The notes under the pieces are model-generated. The model made no database searches, was not told where the DNA came from, and worked only from the letters and a program-made list of their open reading frames with translations. Below are positions 13,550-22,810 of a DNA stretch of 38,220 nucleotides, one piece after another. The DNA is taken from positions 1 through 38,220 of IMG/VR virus record IMGVR_UViG_3300044210_000036; one strand, 5' to 3'. Made by a program: the position numbers and the translations under genes. Each line of letters begins with the position of its first letter. The stretch's first letter is position 1. Source of the DNA: a virus.

Positions 13550-13720
13550 AGAAGACCAATCGAATCAGCAACTTGCGCGAGGGGGTCACTCCAACCCACC
13601 ACCATGCAGAAACCACGCGGAATCATTGGCGAAACCCCAAAGGGCGGGGGGTGCCAGCAACCGCGTGGGTTAGTCGTTTGCGAGCGCGAGCCGCCCAAAC
13701 AAACCTGAAAGGGGTACACC
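13550..13720. other. Largest non-coding gap in the late region, a candidate cos/packaging-initiation region
   Basis: A 171-bp stretch between HNH and TerS, visibly lower in GC. Track ORF 13546..13875 here has atypical composition and overlaps terS. Confidence 0.4.
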
Positions 13721-14086
13721 ATGAGTATCAGACCACACGATCGGGGGGCTCCTCCGGCACCCCCCGCGCTGGCGAAGTGGCCACCCGCTCCGAAGGGGTT
13801 CACCAAGAGCGAAGTGGGCTGGTGGAAGCAGATCGGCGAGGCGGCCGTCCGTCTCGGTACGGTCTCCGCCGCTGACCTGCCGGTGGCCGCGCGTGCCGCG
13901 CAGATCAGCGCGCGTGCTGCGGACGCGTTGTCAGACCCGGACTTCGATCCGAAGGCGCTCAACTCGTTGCTCCGCGTGGAGCTCGAGTACTGGAAGCAGC
14001 TCGGCTTCTCGCCGCAGTCGCGCCGAGCCGTCACGCCGCTGCCGTCGAGCGAGAAGAAGAAGAGCGGCTTCGAGGATGTCGAGTGA
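13721..14086 (+). CDS. terS: Terminase small subunit, P27 family-like
   Basis: Its position between HNH and TerL, its size (121 aa) and the sequence AKWPPAPKGFTKSEVGWWKQIGEAAVRLGTVSAADLPVAARAAQ support the call. Confidence 0.7.
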   Translation: MSIRPHDRGAPPAPPALAKWPPAPKGFTKSEVGWWKQIGEAAVRLGTVSAADLPVAARAAQISARAADALSDPDFDPKALNSLLRVELEYWKQLGFSPQSRRAVTPLPSSEKKKSGFEDVE

Positions 14087-15822
14087 TGAAGCCGAAGAAG
14101 GCCGCCAAGCCGAAGAAGCGCGACTTCACCGCCATCGCGGCCGCCTTCGAGGCGGACGTGCTGGCGGGTCGCTTCCCGGCGGCGCCCATCTTCGTAGCCG
14201 CGATCGAGCGGCAGCGGCGCGAACTGAAGAAGCCGCCCGATGGGTTCACCTTCGACGACCAGGAGGCGGACAAGGCGTGCCGGCTGGCGGAGAAGTTCCC
14301 CTTCGCCGGCGACGGACCTCGGCGAGGCCAGCCCTTCATGCTGGAGCCCTGGCAGGTTTGGGCTATACGGGTGCTGTTCGGCTGGGTCGACGCGGTCACG
14401 CTCGAGCTCCGCTTCCGCGAGGCGTCCATCTGGCTGCCGAAGGGCAACGGCAAGACGCCGCTCGCAGCGATCATCGCCCTCATCGTCCTGGTGCGCGGGA
14501 AGGGCGGCGAGCAGGTCTACTCGGCCGCGACGACCCAGGACCAGGCGCGACTCGTCTTCGACACGGCCCGGGAGATGCTCAACCTGGACGCCGACGCGGC
14601 CGCGCTCGAGGGACGGCCATCGGTGAAGGACCACTTCGCCCTGATCATTGAGGAGCACCGGGTGAAGGGGGCCCGGGACGGCCGGATCTACAAGCCGATC
14701 TCCTCGGAGCACCGATCGGCCGAGGGCATCAGGCCCAAGCTCGTCATCCTCGACGAGGTCCACGTCCAGGCGAACCGGAAGCTCTACGACAACCTGAAGA
14801 CCGCGGCCAACAAGGTCGACGGCTCGCTCCTCCTGGGCATCTCCACGGCCGGCTTCGACATGACGCCGGCGGCTCTCGGCTACCAGCTCTACTGCCGGGC
14901 GCGAGACGTGCTCGAGGGCCGGCTCGACTCACCGACGATGTTCGCGCTCATCGTCGAGGCCGATCGGAAGCTAGACCCGTTCGACTTCGAGACGTGGCGG
15001 CAGGCCAACCCCAACATGGGCGTCTCGGTCTCCATCGCCGGCCTGAAGAGCGCGATGCAGACCATGAAGGACACGCCCAGCGAGCGCGCCTCCCTCGAGG
15101 TGAAGCACCTGGGCTGGTGGCAGCAGTCCGCGAACGCCTTCTTGGATGTGAACCGGTGGGCCGAGCTGGCCGACCCGACCATGAAGCTCGAGGACCTCGA
15201 CCCGGACGAGTGGGAGGTCTTCGTGGGACTCGACCTGGCGCGCACGAGGGACCTCTGCGCCGCGCCGGTCGTGGCCGCCAAGTCCAGGGACGACGGCAAG
15301 CGGGAGTATCGGGTGTTCACCAGGTGGACCTACCTGCCCGAGAAGTCGGTCACCCTCAAGAACACCCCGGAGCTGAAGGCCTGGTCGAAGGACGGGTGGC
15401 TCGTCCTGGTCCCGGGCGAGACCATGACCTTCCGCCCCCTCACCGCCGAGATCATCGAGCTCGTCGAGCGGTTCCCGAACGTGCAGGCCGCGGTGGACGA
15501 CTGGATGGCCGGCGAGGTGGAGAACGACCTGATGACCGGGGGCGTCACGGTGGTCTCGGTGCGCCAGGGGGCGAAGACGCAGTCCGAGCCCATGAAGGAG
15601 CTCGAGTCGGCGCTCCTGGACGGCCGGCTCCGGCACGACGGCTCCCCGGTGGCGGCCATGTGCATCGGCAACCTGATGGCCAGGACGGACCGGAACGGCA
15701 ACATCGCACCCGACCGGGAGAACGAGTACAAGAAGATCGACGTGGCCGTGGGCATCATCAACGGCCTGGTCCTAGCCCGGGGGACCGAGTCGGAGGCCTA
15801 CGCCGGCGAGCTCCTGATGTAG
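14083..15822 (+). CDS. terL: Terminase large subunit (Terminase_1-like)
   Basis: 579 aa, with Walker A-like LPKGNGKTPLAA and VILDEVH. Typical size and position. The start is either GTG 14083 or ATG 14086. Confidence 0.9.
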   Translation: MMKPKKAAKPKKRDFTAIAAAFEADVLAGRFPAAPIFVAAIERQRRELKKPPDGFTFDDQEADKACRLAEKFPFAGDGPRRGQPFMLEPWQVWAIRVLFGWVDAVTLELRFREASIWLPKGNGKTPLAAIIALIVLVRGKGGEQVYSAATTQDQARLVFDTAREMLNLDADAAALEGRPSVKDHFALIIEEHRVKGARDGRIYKPISSEHRSAEGIRPKLVILDEVHVQANRKLYDNLKTAANKVDGSLLLGISTAGFDMTPAALGYQLYCRARDVLEGRLDSPTMFALIVEADRKLDPFDFETWRQANPNMGVSVSIAGLKSAMQTMKDTPSERASLEVKHLGWWQQSANAFLDVNRWAELADPTMKLEDLDPDEWEVFVGLDLARTRDLCAAPVVAAKSRDDGKREYRVFTRWTYLPEKSVTLKNTPELKAWSKDGWLVLVPGETMTFRPLTAEIIELVERFPNVQAAVDDWMAGEVENDLMTGGVTVVSVRQGAKTQSEPMKELESALLDGRLRHDGSPVAAMCIGNLMARTDRNGNIAPDRENEYKKIDVAVGIINGLVLARGTESEAYAGELLM

Positions 15823-15858
15823 CCCGGACCTGTCCCCAACAGGTGCGAGAACGGAGGG

Positions 15859-17673
15859 GTGAGTCGGCCCACTCGCGGGAAGCCCACCGCCGTCGCAGCG
15901 CGCAAGTCGCGCCGATCTCCCGTTGCGCTCTCACGGGTCAAGCCGAAGAACGCCGGACGGATCAAGGTCTCGCGCCCGGACTCGTTCCTCCTGCACCCCT
16001 GGCTGAAGGAGGCCGGCGTCTACGTCACCTCCGAGACGGCCTCCCAGGTGGCGGCGGTCTACGGGTGCTGCCGGCTCATCGTCGACTGCCTGGCCCCGGC
16101 GCCCATCACCGTCACCGAGATGCAGCGCGGCGGCGTGCGCGAGCTGCTGCACGATGACCCCGTCTCCTGGACGCTCAACTACGGCGCCCCCATCGCCCTC
16201 CTGCCCGACGCGCCGACCTCCCAGGCCATCGAGGAGGCCCTCTACTGGGCGGCGCTCCTGGGCGACGGTAACGGCTACGCCGAGATCCAGCGGGACATGT
16301 CGGGCCGGTTCGTCGGCCTGTGGCCCATCGAGTCGGACCGGGTCACGCCGCGGCGCGACGCGAGCGGGTACTACTACGAGATCCAGCAGCCCGAGGGCGG
16401 CGTGGCCCGGCTCGAGCCGGCCGACTGCTTCCACCTCCGCGGCCCGTCGCTGAAGGGCTGGGTGGGTGACTCCGTCGTCTACCGGGCGGCCAAGGCCATC
16501 GGCATCGCGCACGCGAGCCAGGTCTACTCGGCGGCCTACTTCGCCAACGGGACCGTGCTCTCCGGCCTGCTCACCACGGACAAGCCGATCACGCCGGCGC
16601 AGGCCAAGTCGGCGAAGGAGCGGTTCGTCGAGGAGCACAGCGGTGGGCCTGGGAAGGCCCATGGCGTCTCCGCGCTGGGGCAGGGGGTCAAGTACCAGCC
16701 CCTCAACCACAACGCCCAGGAGGCGATGCTCATCGACTCCAGGCGCTTCCAGGTGCAGGAGATCGCCCGCTTCTACGGGGTGCCCACCACGCTCCTCGCC
16801 GACAACGAGGCCTGGACCAACCTCTCCGAGCTCTACCTGGGCTTCTACCGGAACGCCCTGCGGCCCTGGGCGGAGCGGTTCGACGCCGAGGCCACCCGGA
16901 AGCTCTTCCCCCAGCGTCAGCCCTGGCGAGAGGTCGCACACGACCTGACCCACCTGACCCTCGGGTCGTTCAAGGACCAGGTCGCCGCGCTCGTCCAGGC
17001 CACCGGCAACAAGGCGATTTGGACCCAGAACGAGGCCCGGGCCATCTTCGGCAAGAACAGCGTCGAGGGCGGGGACGAGCTCGTCACCGAGGACCCGAAG
17101 CCGGCAATGCCGCCCGGTCGCTCCCAGTTCGGAAAGCCACCGCCCGGCCAGGACCCGGGAGCGGCGCCCGATGAGGGCGACGACCAGGCCGAGCCGGCGC
17201 CGAAGCAGGATCGCTCCGCCCTGTCCGCCCGGGACGCGCTGGTGGCGATGTTCGCTGACGCCTTCGGCCGGCACACGCGGCGCGTCAAGAACCGGAAGGC
17301 CGACCTGAAGCGCGAGTTGGACGACAAGGAACGGACGGGTCTGGTCGGCAAGCTCATCGAGGACTCCACGTCGGCGCTCGAGCTGCTGAAGCGGGGGCTG
17401 GGGGGAGCGACGCCACTGCTCGACCTGGCCGCCTACGCCGAGGCGCTGGACGCGGGCGAGCCGCCAGACAAGTCCGCCGCGCGCCTGGTGGCGAGCGTAT
17501 GGCCCGAGGAGATCACCGCCCCCGCGCCGGCGCCGGAGGGCGCGGCCCTGGCGGAGGCGGTCCAGAGCGGCCTGGTGGCGGTCGGCGCCGGCCTCGCGGG
17601 CAGGCAGCCCGGAGAGCTCGAGTTCGTCCGGGACGATGCGGGCCAGGTCACCGGGGCCCGGTTCAAGAACTAG
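15859..17673 (+). CDS. Portal protein (HK97-family-like) with an acidic/Pro-rich C-terminal extension
   Basis: 604 aa following TerL, with SAAYFANGTVLSGLL and EIARFYGVPTTLL motifs. The start codon is uncertain because the SD is very close to GTG 15859. Confidence 0.85.
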   Translation: MSRPTRGKPTAVAARKSRRSPVALSRVKPKNAGRIKVSRPDSFLLHPWLKEAGVYVTSETASQVAAVYGCCRLIVDCLAPAPITVTEMQRGGVRELLHDDPVSWTLNYGAPIALLPDAPTSQAIEEALYWAALLGDGNGYAEIQRDMSGRFVGLWPIESDRVTPRRDASGYYYEIQQPEGGVARLEPADCFHLRGPSLKGWVGDSVVYRAAKAIGIAHASQVYSAAYFANGTVLSGLLTTDKPITPAQAKSAKERFVEEHSGGPGKAHGVSALGQGVKYQPLNHNAQEAMLIDSRRFQVQEIARFYGVPTTLLADNEAWTNLSELYLGFYRNALRPWAERFDAEATRKLFPQRQPWREVAHDLTHLTLGSFKDQVAALVQATGNKAIWTQNEARAIFGKNSVEGGDELVTEDPKPAMPPGRSQFGKPPPGQDPGAAPDEGDDQAEPAPKQDRSALSARDALVAMFADAFGRHTRRVKNRKADLKRELDDKERTGLVGKLIEDSTSALELLKRGLGGATPLLDLAAYAEALDAGEPPDKSAARLVASVWPEEITAPAPAPEGAALAEAVQSGLVAVGAGLAGRQPGELEFVRDDAGQVTGARFKN

Positions 17674-17685
17674 CAGGGGACCACC

Positions 17686-18150
17686 ATGGCGATCACGACC
17701 GCGACGACCAACTCGGCGAAGACGGAGTTCCTGAACGGGATCCACCTCGCTGCCCACGTCTACAAGCTGGCGCTCATCAAGACCGGGCACAGCGGGACCT
17801 ACAACAAGGCGACGACCGGGGCCGGGACGCCTGGCTCGGGTGCGCCCACAACGTCGAACCTAGGGACCGATGAGGTGGCCGCTTCGGGTACGTACTCCGC
17901 CGGCGGGGTGACGCTCACCGGGCGCACGGTGGCGCTGGCGACGGACACCGCCTACCTCGATTTCTCCAACATGCCGCAGATCACCGGGTTCACCGGAAGC
18001 GCCGACGGCTGCATGGTCTACAACGACTCGGTCGCCGGCAAGCCGGTGCTCTACGTCGGTGCCTTCGCCGGCGCGCCCATCGCGGCGACGGCCGGCACGT
18101 TCGACGTGACGATCCCCAGCACGGGCAGCGGCATCATCGAGATCACCTAA
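17686..18150 (+). CDS. Hypothetical Ala/Thr/Gly-rich protein (154 aa)
   Basis: Coherent GC3-rich frame. Sequence YKLALIKTGHSGTYNKATT...EVAASGTYSAGGVTLTGRTVALATDTAYLDFSN...GCMVYNDS. It resembles an uncharacterised phage family (recall only). Confidence 0.75.
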   Translation: MAITTATTNSAKTEFLNGIHLAAHVYKLALIKTGHSGTYNKATTGAGTPGSGAPTTSNLGTDEVAASGTYSAGGVTLTGRTVALATDTAYLDFSNMPQITGFTGSADGCMVYNDSVAGKPVLYVGAFAGAPIAATAGTFDVTIPSTGSGIIEIT

Positions 18151-18153
18151 GCC

Positions 18154-18975
18154 ATGACCATCACCACGATGGACGGTTTGGCGGCGGCTGTTGGAGCGAG
18201 CCAGGACGTGATCCTCCAGAAGGCATCGGCGCTCACCAGCGCGGCTGGGTTCTGGTACACGCTGCTGGCGGAGCCGGGCAACCCAGCAGCCGGAAGCCTC
18301 GCGGTGGGGAACACTGCCAACGGCCTGGTGCCGACCAATGCTCTGGCGGGCTCTCCGCTCATCTCGGCGTTCACCGGGTCCAACACCGGGTACTTGGCGC
18401 GCTTCGCCGCGACATCGACGGCCACGCAGACCCTGGTGCTCTATGACCGGATCTTCCACTCCGGCAGCTACGCTACGACGCCCACGGGCACTACCACCCT
18501 GGCGAGTCAGCCGTCCTTCTCCGCTCGGGTCCCGAGCTCGGCGTGGGGCGAGTGCGAGATCTGGCTCGAGATCAACACTGCGATCGCTGCATCGGCCGTG
18601 ACCATCCAGGTGGGGTACCAGGACGGCACGTCGGCGGGCGGCGCGGCGCAGACCACGACGGTCACGGCCTCGCTCTCGGGCTACCCGACGAAGCGCATGA
18701 TCCAGCTCGGCCTGGCGAACGGGACCGGGGTCCAGCGCATCAATAGCTTCATAGTTGGAGGGACCGCGGCGGCGACTGGGTCGATCAACGTCGTGGTGCT
18801 GCGCCGGCTGGCTCAGGCCAACATCATCGTGGCCAACGTCGGATCGGAACCGCAGGACTTCTTCAAGCTCGGCGGGCAGCAGCTCTTCGCCGACTCCTGC
18901 CTGTGCATGATGTCGCTGGCCACCGGAGCCGCGCTCGGGACCATCGTCGCCGACTGTCAGGTCATCAACGGGTAG
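18154..18975 (+). CDS. Hypothetical protein (273 aa)
   Basis: ATG lies 3 nt after the upstream stop. The frame is coherent. No motif recognised. Confidence 0.75.
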   Translation: MTITTMDGLAAAVGASQDVILQKASALTSAAGFWYTLLAEPGNPAAGSLAVGNTANGLVPTNALAGSPLISAFTGSNTGYLARFAATSTATQTLVLYDRIFHSGSYATTPTGTTTLASQPSFSARVPSSAWGECEIWLEINTAIAASAVTIQVGYQDGTSAGGAAQTTTVTASLSGYPTKRMIQLGLANGTGVQRINSFIVGGTAAATGSINVVVLRRLAQANIIVANVGSEPQDFFKLGGQQLFADSCLCMMSLATGAALGTIVADCQVING

Positions 18976-18978
18976 GCC

Positions 18979-20196
18979 ATGGCTGGCCGCCCCAACGTCT
19001 GGCAGGGCCGATGGGGCGTCATCGACGCCGCCCGAAATGACGTTGTCGGCACCCTCATCAAGGAGGCCGAGCTCGGCGCCGCCGGCGGCTCGGTCAACGC
19101 CAGCACCTCGGCCCCCACGGCCACGGCGACCAGCGTTGCCAGGGCGTGCACGGCGACCGCTAGCGGTGGGTCGGTCAACGCCTCGACGAGCTCGCCTCGG
19201 GCGCAGGCAACGACCGTCACCCGGAACGTCTCGGCGACCGGGACGGCGACCACCTCGGCCCCCAGGACGCAACCGGCAGTCGTCACCCGGGCTCTCACCG
19301 GCAAGGGGGGCGCCACCAGCTCGGCACCCCGCACGCAGCCAGCCATCGTCACACGCGCCGTGGCCGCCGCTGGCGGCGCCGCGACCTCGATCCCGAGGAC
19401 GCAGCCCAGCATCGTGACCAGGGCCGTCAGCGCGGCCGGCGGGGCATCCGCGAGCGCGCCCAGGACTCAACCGGCGATCGTCACCCGGTCAGTCACGGCC
19501 TCGGCCGGCGGGGGGGCGGTCAACGCCAGCACCTCGGCGTCGAGTTCGTCGGCCTCCACGGTCACCCGGCCGGTCTCGGCCGCGGGCTCGGCGGCCAGCT
19601 CAGCTCCGCGGGCCGCGTGCGCCCTGGTCGCCAGGTCGGTCACGGGCGCGGGGGCGTCCCAGGCCAACGCCGCGACGAGCGCGCCGAAGGCTACGTGTTC
19701 GGTCGTCACCAATCAGGTGGAGGCCATGGCGGGCCCGGAACAGCTCCTGGGCGCCTACCCCATGGCGTACTGGCCGCCGGACCCGAAGCCACGGCGGGTA
19801 GACGCCACCGCAGTCGCTCCACCAGCCAGGTGTCGAGTTCTGGCAAGGCCATGCTCCGCCAGGGGCGGGGCTGCCACGGCCGCGCAGGCAGCCAAACTCG
19901 CCATCGCAGCCCGGACCGTCAAGGCCGCCGGCGGAGCCTCCTCCGTGCTCCAGGCCGCCAGGATTGAAGTCCGCTCTGCGGCTGCCGTGGCCAGGAGTTC
20001 GGCCTCGACCAGGTCCATGACGGCTTCCTGCGTGGCTCGCACCGGCCTGGTCGGAGCCTCGGGTGGAGCGGCCGCGCGAGCTCCGAAGGTGACCGTGACG
20101 GCGGCCACCCCAAAGGCTCCTGCGGCCAGGGGCATCCACAACCCCACTCCCGAGATGCTCGCCCTGGTCGCCGCGTGGGCTCGACGCGCGGCCTAG
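18979..20196 (+). CDS. Ala/Ser/Thr-rich tandem-repeat protein (405 aa, 22-aa periodicity)
   Basis: Four consecutive 66-bp units start at 19252, 19318, 19384 and 19450. They encode (T/S)SAPRTQPA(I/V)VTRAVxAAGGAx with synonymous differences between units. Degenerate units flank them. Confidence 0.75.
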   Translation: MAGRPNVWQGRWGVIDAARNDVVGTLIKEAELGAAGGSVNASTSAPTATATSVARACTATASGGSVNASTSSPRAQATTVTRNVSATGTATTSAPRTQPAVVTRALTGKGGATSSAPRTQPAIVTRAVAAAGGAATSIPRTQPSIVTRAVSAAGGASASAPRTQPAIVTRSVTASAGGGAVNASTSASSSSASTVTRPVSAAGSAASSAPRAACALVARSVTGAGASQANAATSAPKATCSVVTNQVEAMAGPEQLLGAYPMAYWPPDPKPRRVDATAVAPPARCRVLARPCSARGGAATAAQAAKLAIAARTVKAAGGASSVLQAARIEVRSAAAVARSSASTRSMTASCVARTGLVGASGGAAARAPKVTVTAATPKAPAARGIHNPTPEMLALVAAWARRAA

Positions 20197-20249
20197 CCCG
20201 GGCCTGTCCCCACCCGGATTTAGGGTGGCTGCACAGGAGCGGAGACCTC

Positions 20250-21074
20250 ATGTTCGAGCGAAAGATCCCGACGTGGATGGGCAGGGCGCGAGAGTTCGCC
20301 GCCAGGGTCCAGTCGCCCGTCGGGACGCCCTTCGCCGCCAAGAAGGACGCCCAGGTCGCGAAGCTCTACCTCTACGACGCGATCGGCCGAGACCCCTGGA
20401 CTGGCGCCGGGATCGACCCGACCGACGTGGTCGCTGCCGTCACCGACGCGAAGGGGTCGAGCGCGCTCGAGGTCTACATCAACTCGCCCGGCGGGTACGT
20501 CTTCGACGGGATCGCCATCTTCAACGCCATCCGCGCCTTCGATGGCCCAAAGACCACCTACGTGGACGGAGTCGCGGCCTCCATCGCTTCGATCATCGCT
20601 CTCGCTGGCGACCAGGTAGTTACCAACGAGGGGGCCATGTGGATGATCCACGACCCCATGGGCGGCGTGATGTCCTTCGGAACGGCGGCCGAGATCGAGG
20701 ACGACGCTCGGAAGGTCACACAGGCGCTACGCAAGGTCCGCGAGAACCTGGTCGACATCTACGTCTCGGCGACCGGGCTTTCGGCAGCCGATCTCTCGTC
20801 CTGGATGACCTCCGAGACCTGGATGACCGCGGCGGAGGCGAAGGCGCGCGGGTTCACCGACGAGGTTTCCTCGCCTCCGACCCAGTCCTCGGCCCGGTCC
20901 GCCGTTCCCGGCTCGCCGCGGGCCGTCTCGCCCCGCGTGGTGGCCGACATGGCCCGAGTCCAGGCACGCAGCCTCTCCGATCGATTCGCCGCGGCCAGCC
21001 GCGGTGTGAAGCCGGGCCAGCCCGGAATGACCCAGCATCCCCACGCCGGCACTGCCGGAAGGAAGACGACATGA
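20250..21074 (+). CDS. ClpP-like (S14) prohead maturation protease
   Basis: Sequence LEVYINSPGGYVFDGIAIFNAIR...ASIASIIALAGD...MIHDP. AGGAGCGGAG lies upstream of ATG 20250. Confidence 0.9.
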   Translation: MFERKIPTWMGRAREFAARVQSPVGTPFAAKKDAQVAKLYLYDAIGRDPWTGAGIDPTDVVAAVTDAKGSSALEVYINSPGGYVFDGIAIFNAIRAFDGPKTTYVDGVAASIASIIALAGDQVVTNEGAMWMIHDPMGGVMSFGTAAEIEDDARKVTQALRKVRENLVDIYVSATGLSAADLSSWMTSETWMTAAEAKARGFTDEVSSPPTQSSARSAVPGSPRAVSPRVVADMARVQARSLSDRFAAASRGVKPGQPGMTQHPHAGTAGRKTT

Positions 21075-22381
21075 ACCGCCGTGAGCAGCTCAACGAGAAC
21101 CTGGCCCGGGTCAGCGCGACCATGGCCGCCCTGACGGGCCTGGCCGAGCAGGAGAACCGCGCCCTCACCGACGAGGAGCAGGCGCAGTTCAACGCCCACA
21201 ACACCGAGTTCCAGCGCACCGAGCAGGAGATCTCGAACCTCGACCGCGTCGAGGAGATCTCGGCCAGGATGTCCCAGCCGCGCCCGCGAGTGGTGCAGCC
21301 GGTGGACATGACCTCGAGCACCCAGGCTCCGCGCCCGGCCGTGCAGACGGTGACCGGCGGGACGCACATCAGCGCGAGCCACGGCAACCACGGATTCACC
21401 CGCGGCCTGCCCGAGTTCCTGAACGCCGTCCGCTCGGCCGCGTACGGCCGGACGGACCAGCGGCTCATCAACGCCGTGACGACCTACGGCGCGGAGGGCA
21501 CCGGCACGGACGGCGGCTTCGCGGTTCCCCCGGACTTCGCCAACCGCATCAGTCAGGTGGTCATGGGCGAGGAGTCCCTGGTCGGCCGCTTCAACCCGAT
21601 CACCACGGCCGGCAACCAGATCGTGCTGCCCACCGACGAGTCCACCCCGTACGGCGCCGCCGGCATCTACGCGGAGTGGCTCGGCGAGGCCTCGACCCTG
21701 ACGGCCAGGAAGCCGCAGCTCAAGGAGGTGACCGTCACCCTGAACAAGGTGGGCGCCCTGGTCCACCTCTCCGACGAGCTCGCCGCCGACGCGCCCGCGA
21801 TCCAGTCGTACGTCACCACCAAGGTGGCCCAGGCCATCGCCGGCAAGGTGAATGACGCGATCGTCAACGGCGACGGCGTGTCCAAGCCGAAGGGCCTCCT
21901 GACCGCGGCCAACCATATCACCCAGGCCAAGAGCGGCGCGACCCTCGCGGCCGTCGACATCGCGAACATGCTCTCCCGCATGGTCCCGGAGTCGGTGAAC
22001 AACTGCTTCTGGCTCTGCCACTCGTCCTTCCTGCCGAAGGTCTGGACCCTGACCCTCGGCCAGATGCCGATCTTCGTCTCGGACTTCCGCCAGAGCCCGT
22101 ACGGGACGATCCTCGGCCGTCCGGTGGTCGTCACCGAGTACGCCCAGGACTACAACACCGACGGCGACGTGATGCTGGTCAGCCCCGACGGCTACGTGGT
22201 CGCGGTGAAGTCCGGCGGCATCTCGACGGCGGCCTCCATCCACTTCGCCTTCGACCAGGGCCTCCAGTCCTTCCGCGCCACCATGCGCGTGGGCGGCGCC
22301 CCGCTCGCCTCCGCGGCCGTGAGCCGGAAGAACGGCTCCACGACCCTCTCCCACATCATCACCCTCCAGGCCCGCAGCTAG
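21071..22381 (+). CDS. Major capsid protein, HK97 family, with an N-terminal coiled-coil delta domain
   Basis: 436 aa, ATGA overlap with the protease gene. Sequence GTDGGFAVPPDF...LVHLSDELAADAP...GRPVVVTEY. Confidence 0.9.
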   Translation: MNRREQLNENLARVSATMAALTGLAEQENRALTDEEQAQFNAHNTEFQRTEQEISNLDRVEEISARMSQPRPRVVQPVDMTSSTQAPRPAVQTVTGGTHISASHGNHGFTRGLPEFLNAVRSAAYGRTDQRLINAVTTYGAEGTGTDGGFAVPPDFANRISQVVMGEESLVGRFNPITTAGNQIVLPTDESTPYGAAGIYAEWLGEASTLTARKPQLKEVTVTLNKVGALVHLSDELAADAPAIQSYVTTKVAQAIAGKVNDAIVNGDGVSKPKGLLTAANHITQAKSGATLAAVDIANMLSRMVPESVNNCFWLCHSSFLPKVWTLTLGQMPIFVSDFRQSPYGTILGRPVVVTEYAQDYNTDGDVMLVSPDGYVVAVKSGGISTAASIHFAFDQGLQSFRATMRVGGAPLASAAVSRKNGSTTLSHIITLQARS

Positions 22382-22399
22382 CCAGGAAAGGACCAGACC

Positions 22400-22810
22400 A
22401 TGATCTTCGCGAACAACGTCAAGCTCGCCAGCACCACCGCTGGCAACTGCGCGCCGCAGTCCCTCGCGGCCGGCGCCACCACCGCTCCCGGCTCCGCCGG
22501 CTGGGTGGCGGGCACGGTCCTCCTCGGCCGGGCCCTGATGGCGACCGTGCAGACCGGCGCCTTCACCTCGACCCCCTCGATGGCGTTCAAGCTCCAGGTC
22601 GCCAACGACGCCAACGGCACCGGCGCTGCGGACGTGACCGGCGGGGCCATCGCCACCATCGCGGTGGCCGGCACTGCTGGCCAGGCCGAGCTGCCGATGT
22701 CCCTCATCGACAGCACGAAGTTCTACGCCGTCGTCTGCACGGCGACTGGCGGCACCTCGGGCTTCGTCGCGGGCCAGCTCCGCATCCTCGACCCGCAGCT
22801 CTCCGCCTAG
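22400..22810 (+). CDS. Hypothetical head-associated protein (136 aa)
   Basis: AGGAAAGGA SD. Located immediately after the capsid gene. Confidence 0.7.
   Translation: MIFANNVKLASTTAGNCAPQSLAAGATTAPGSAGWVAGTVLLGRALMATVQTGAFTSTPSMAFKLQVANDANGTGAADVTGGAIATIAVAGTAGQAELPMSLIDSTKFYAVVCTATGGTSGFVAGQLRILDPQLSA

Noticed and set aside
13546-13875. Track ORF (109 aa) starting at ATG 13546 in the HNH-TerS gap.
   Set aside because: Its composition (His/Arg/Thr-rich, low GC3 at the start) is atypical. It overlaps the well-supported terS frame. The region is more plausibly non-coding cos DNA.
15931-17790. A very long minus-strand ORF (619 aa) antisense to the portal gene. Similar cases are 20759..22816 (685 aa), 8328..9539, 17860..19470, 26226..27602 and 35502..36770.
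   Set aside because: Their composition is Arg/Gly/Pro/Ala-dominated junk with no recognisable motifs. They are antisense or off-frame to genes with clear family signatures. Long spurious ORFs are expected at about 70% GC because stop codons are rare.
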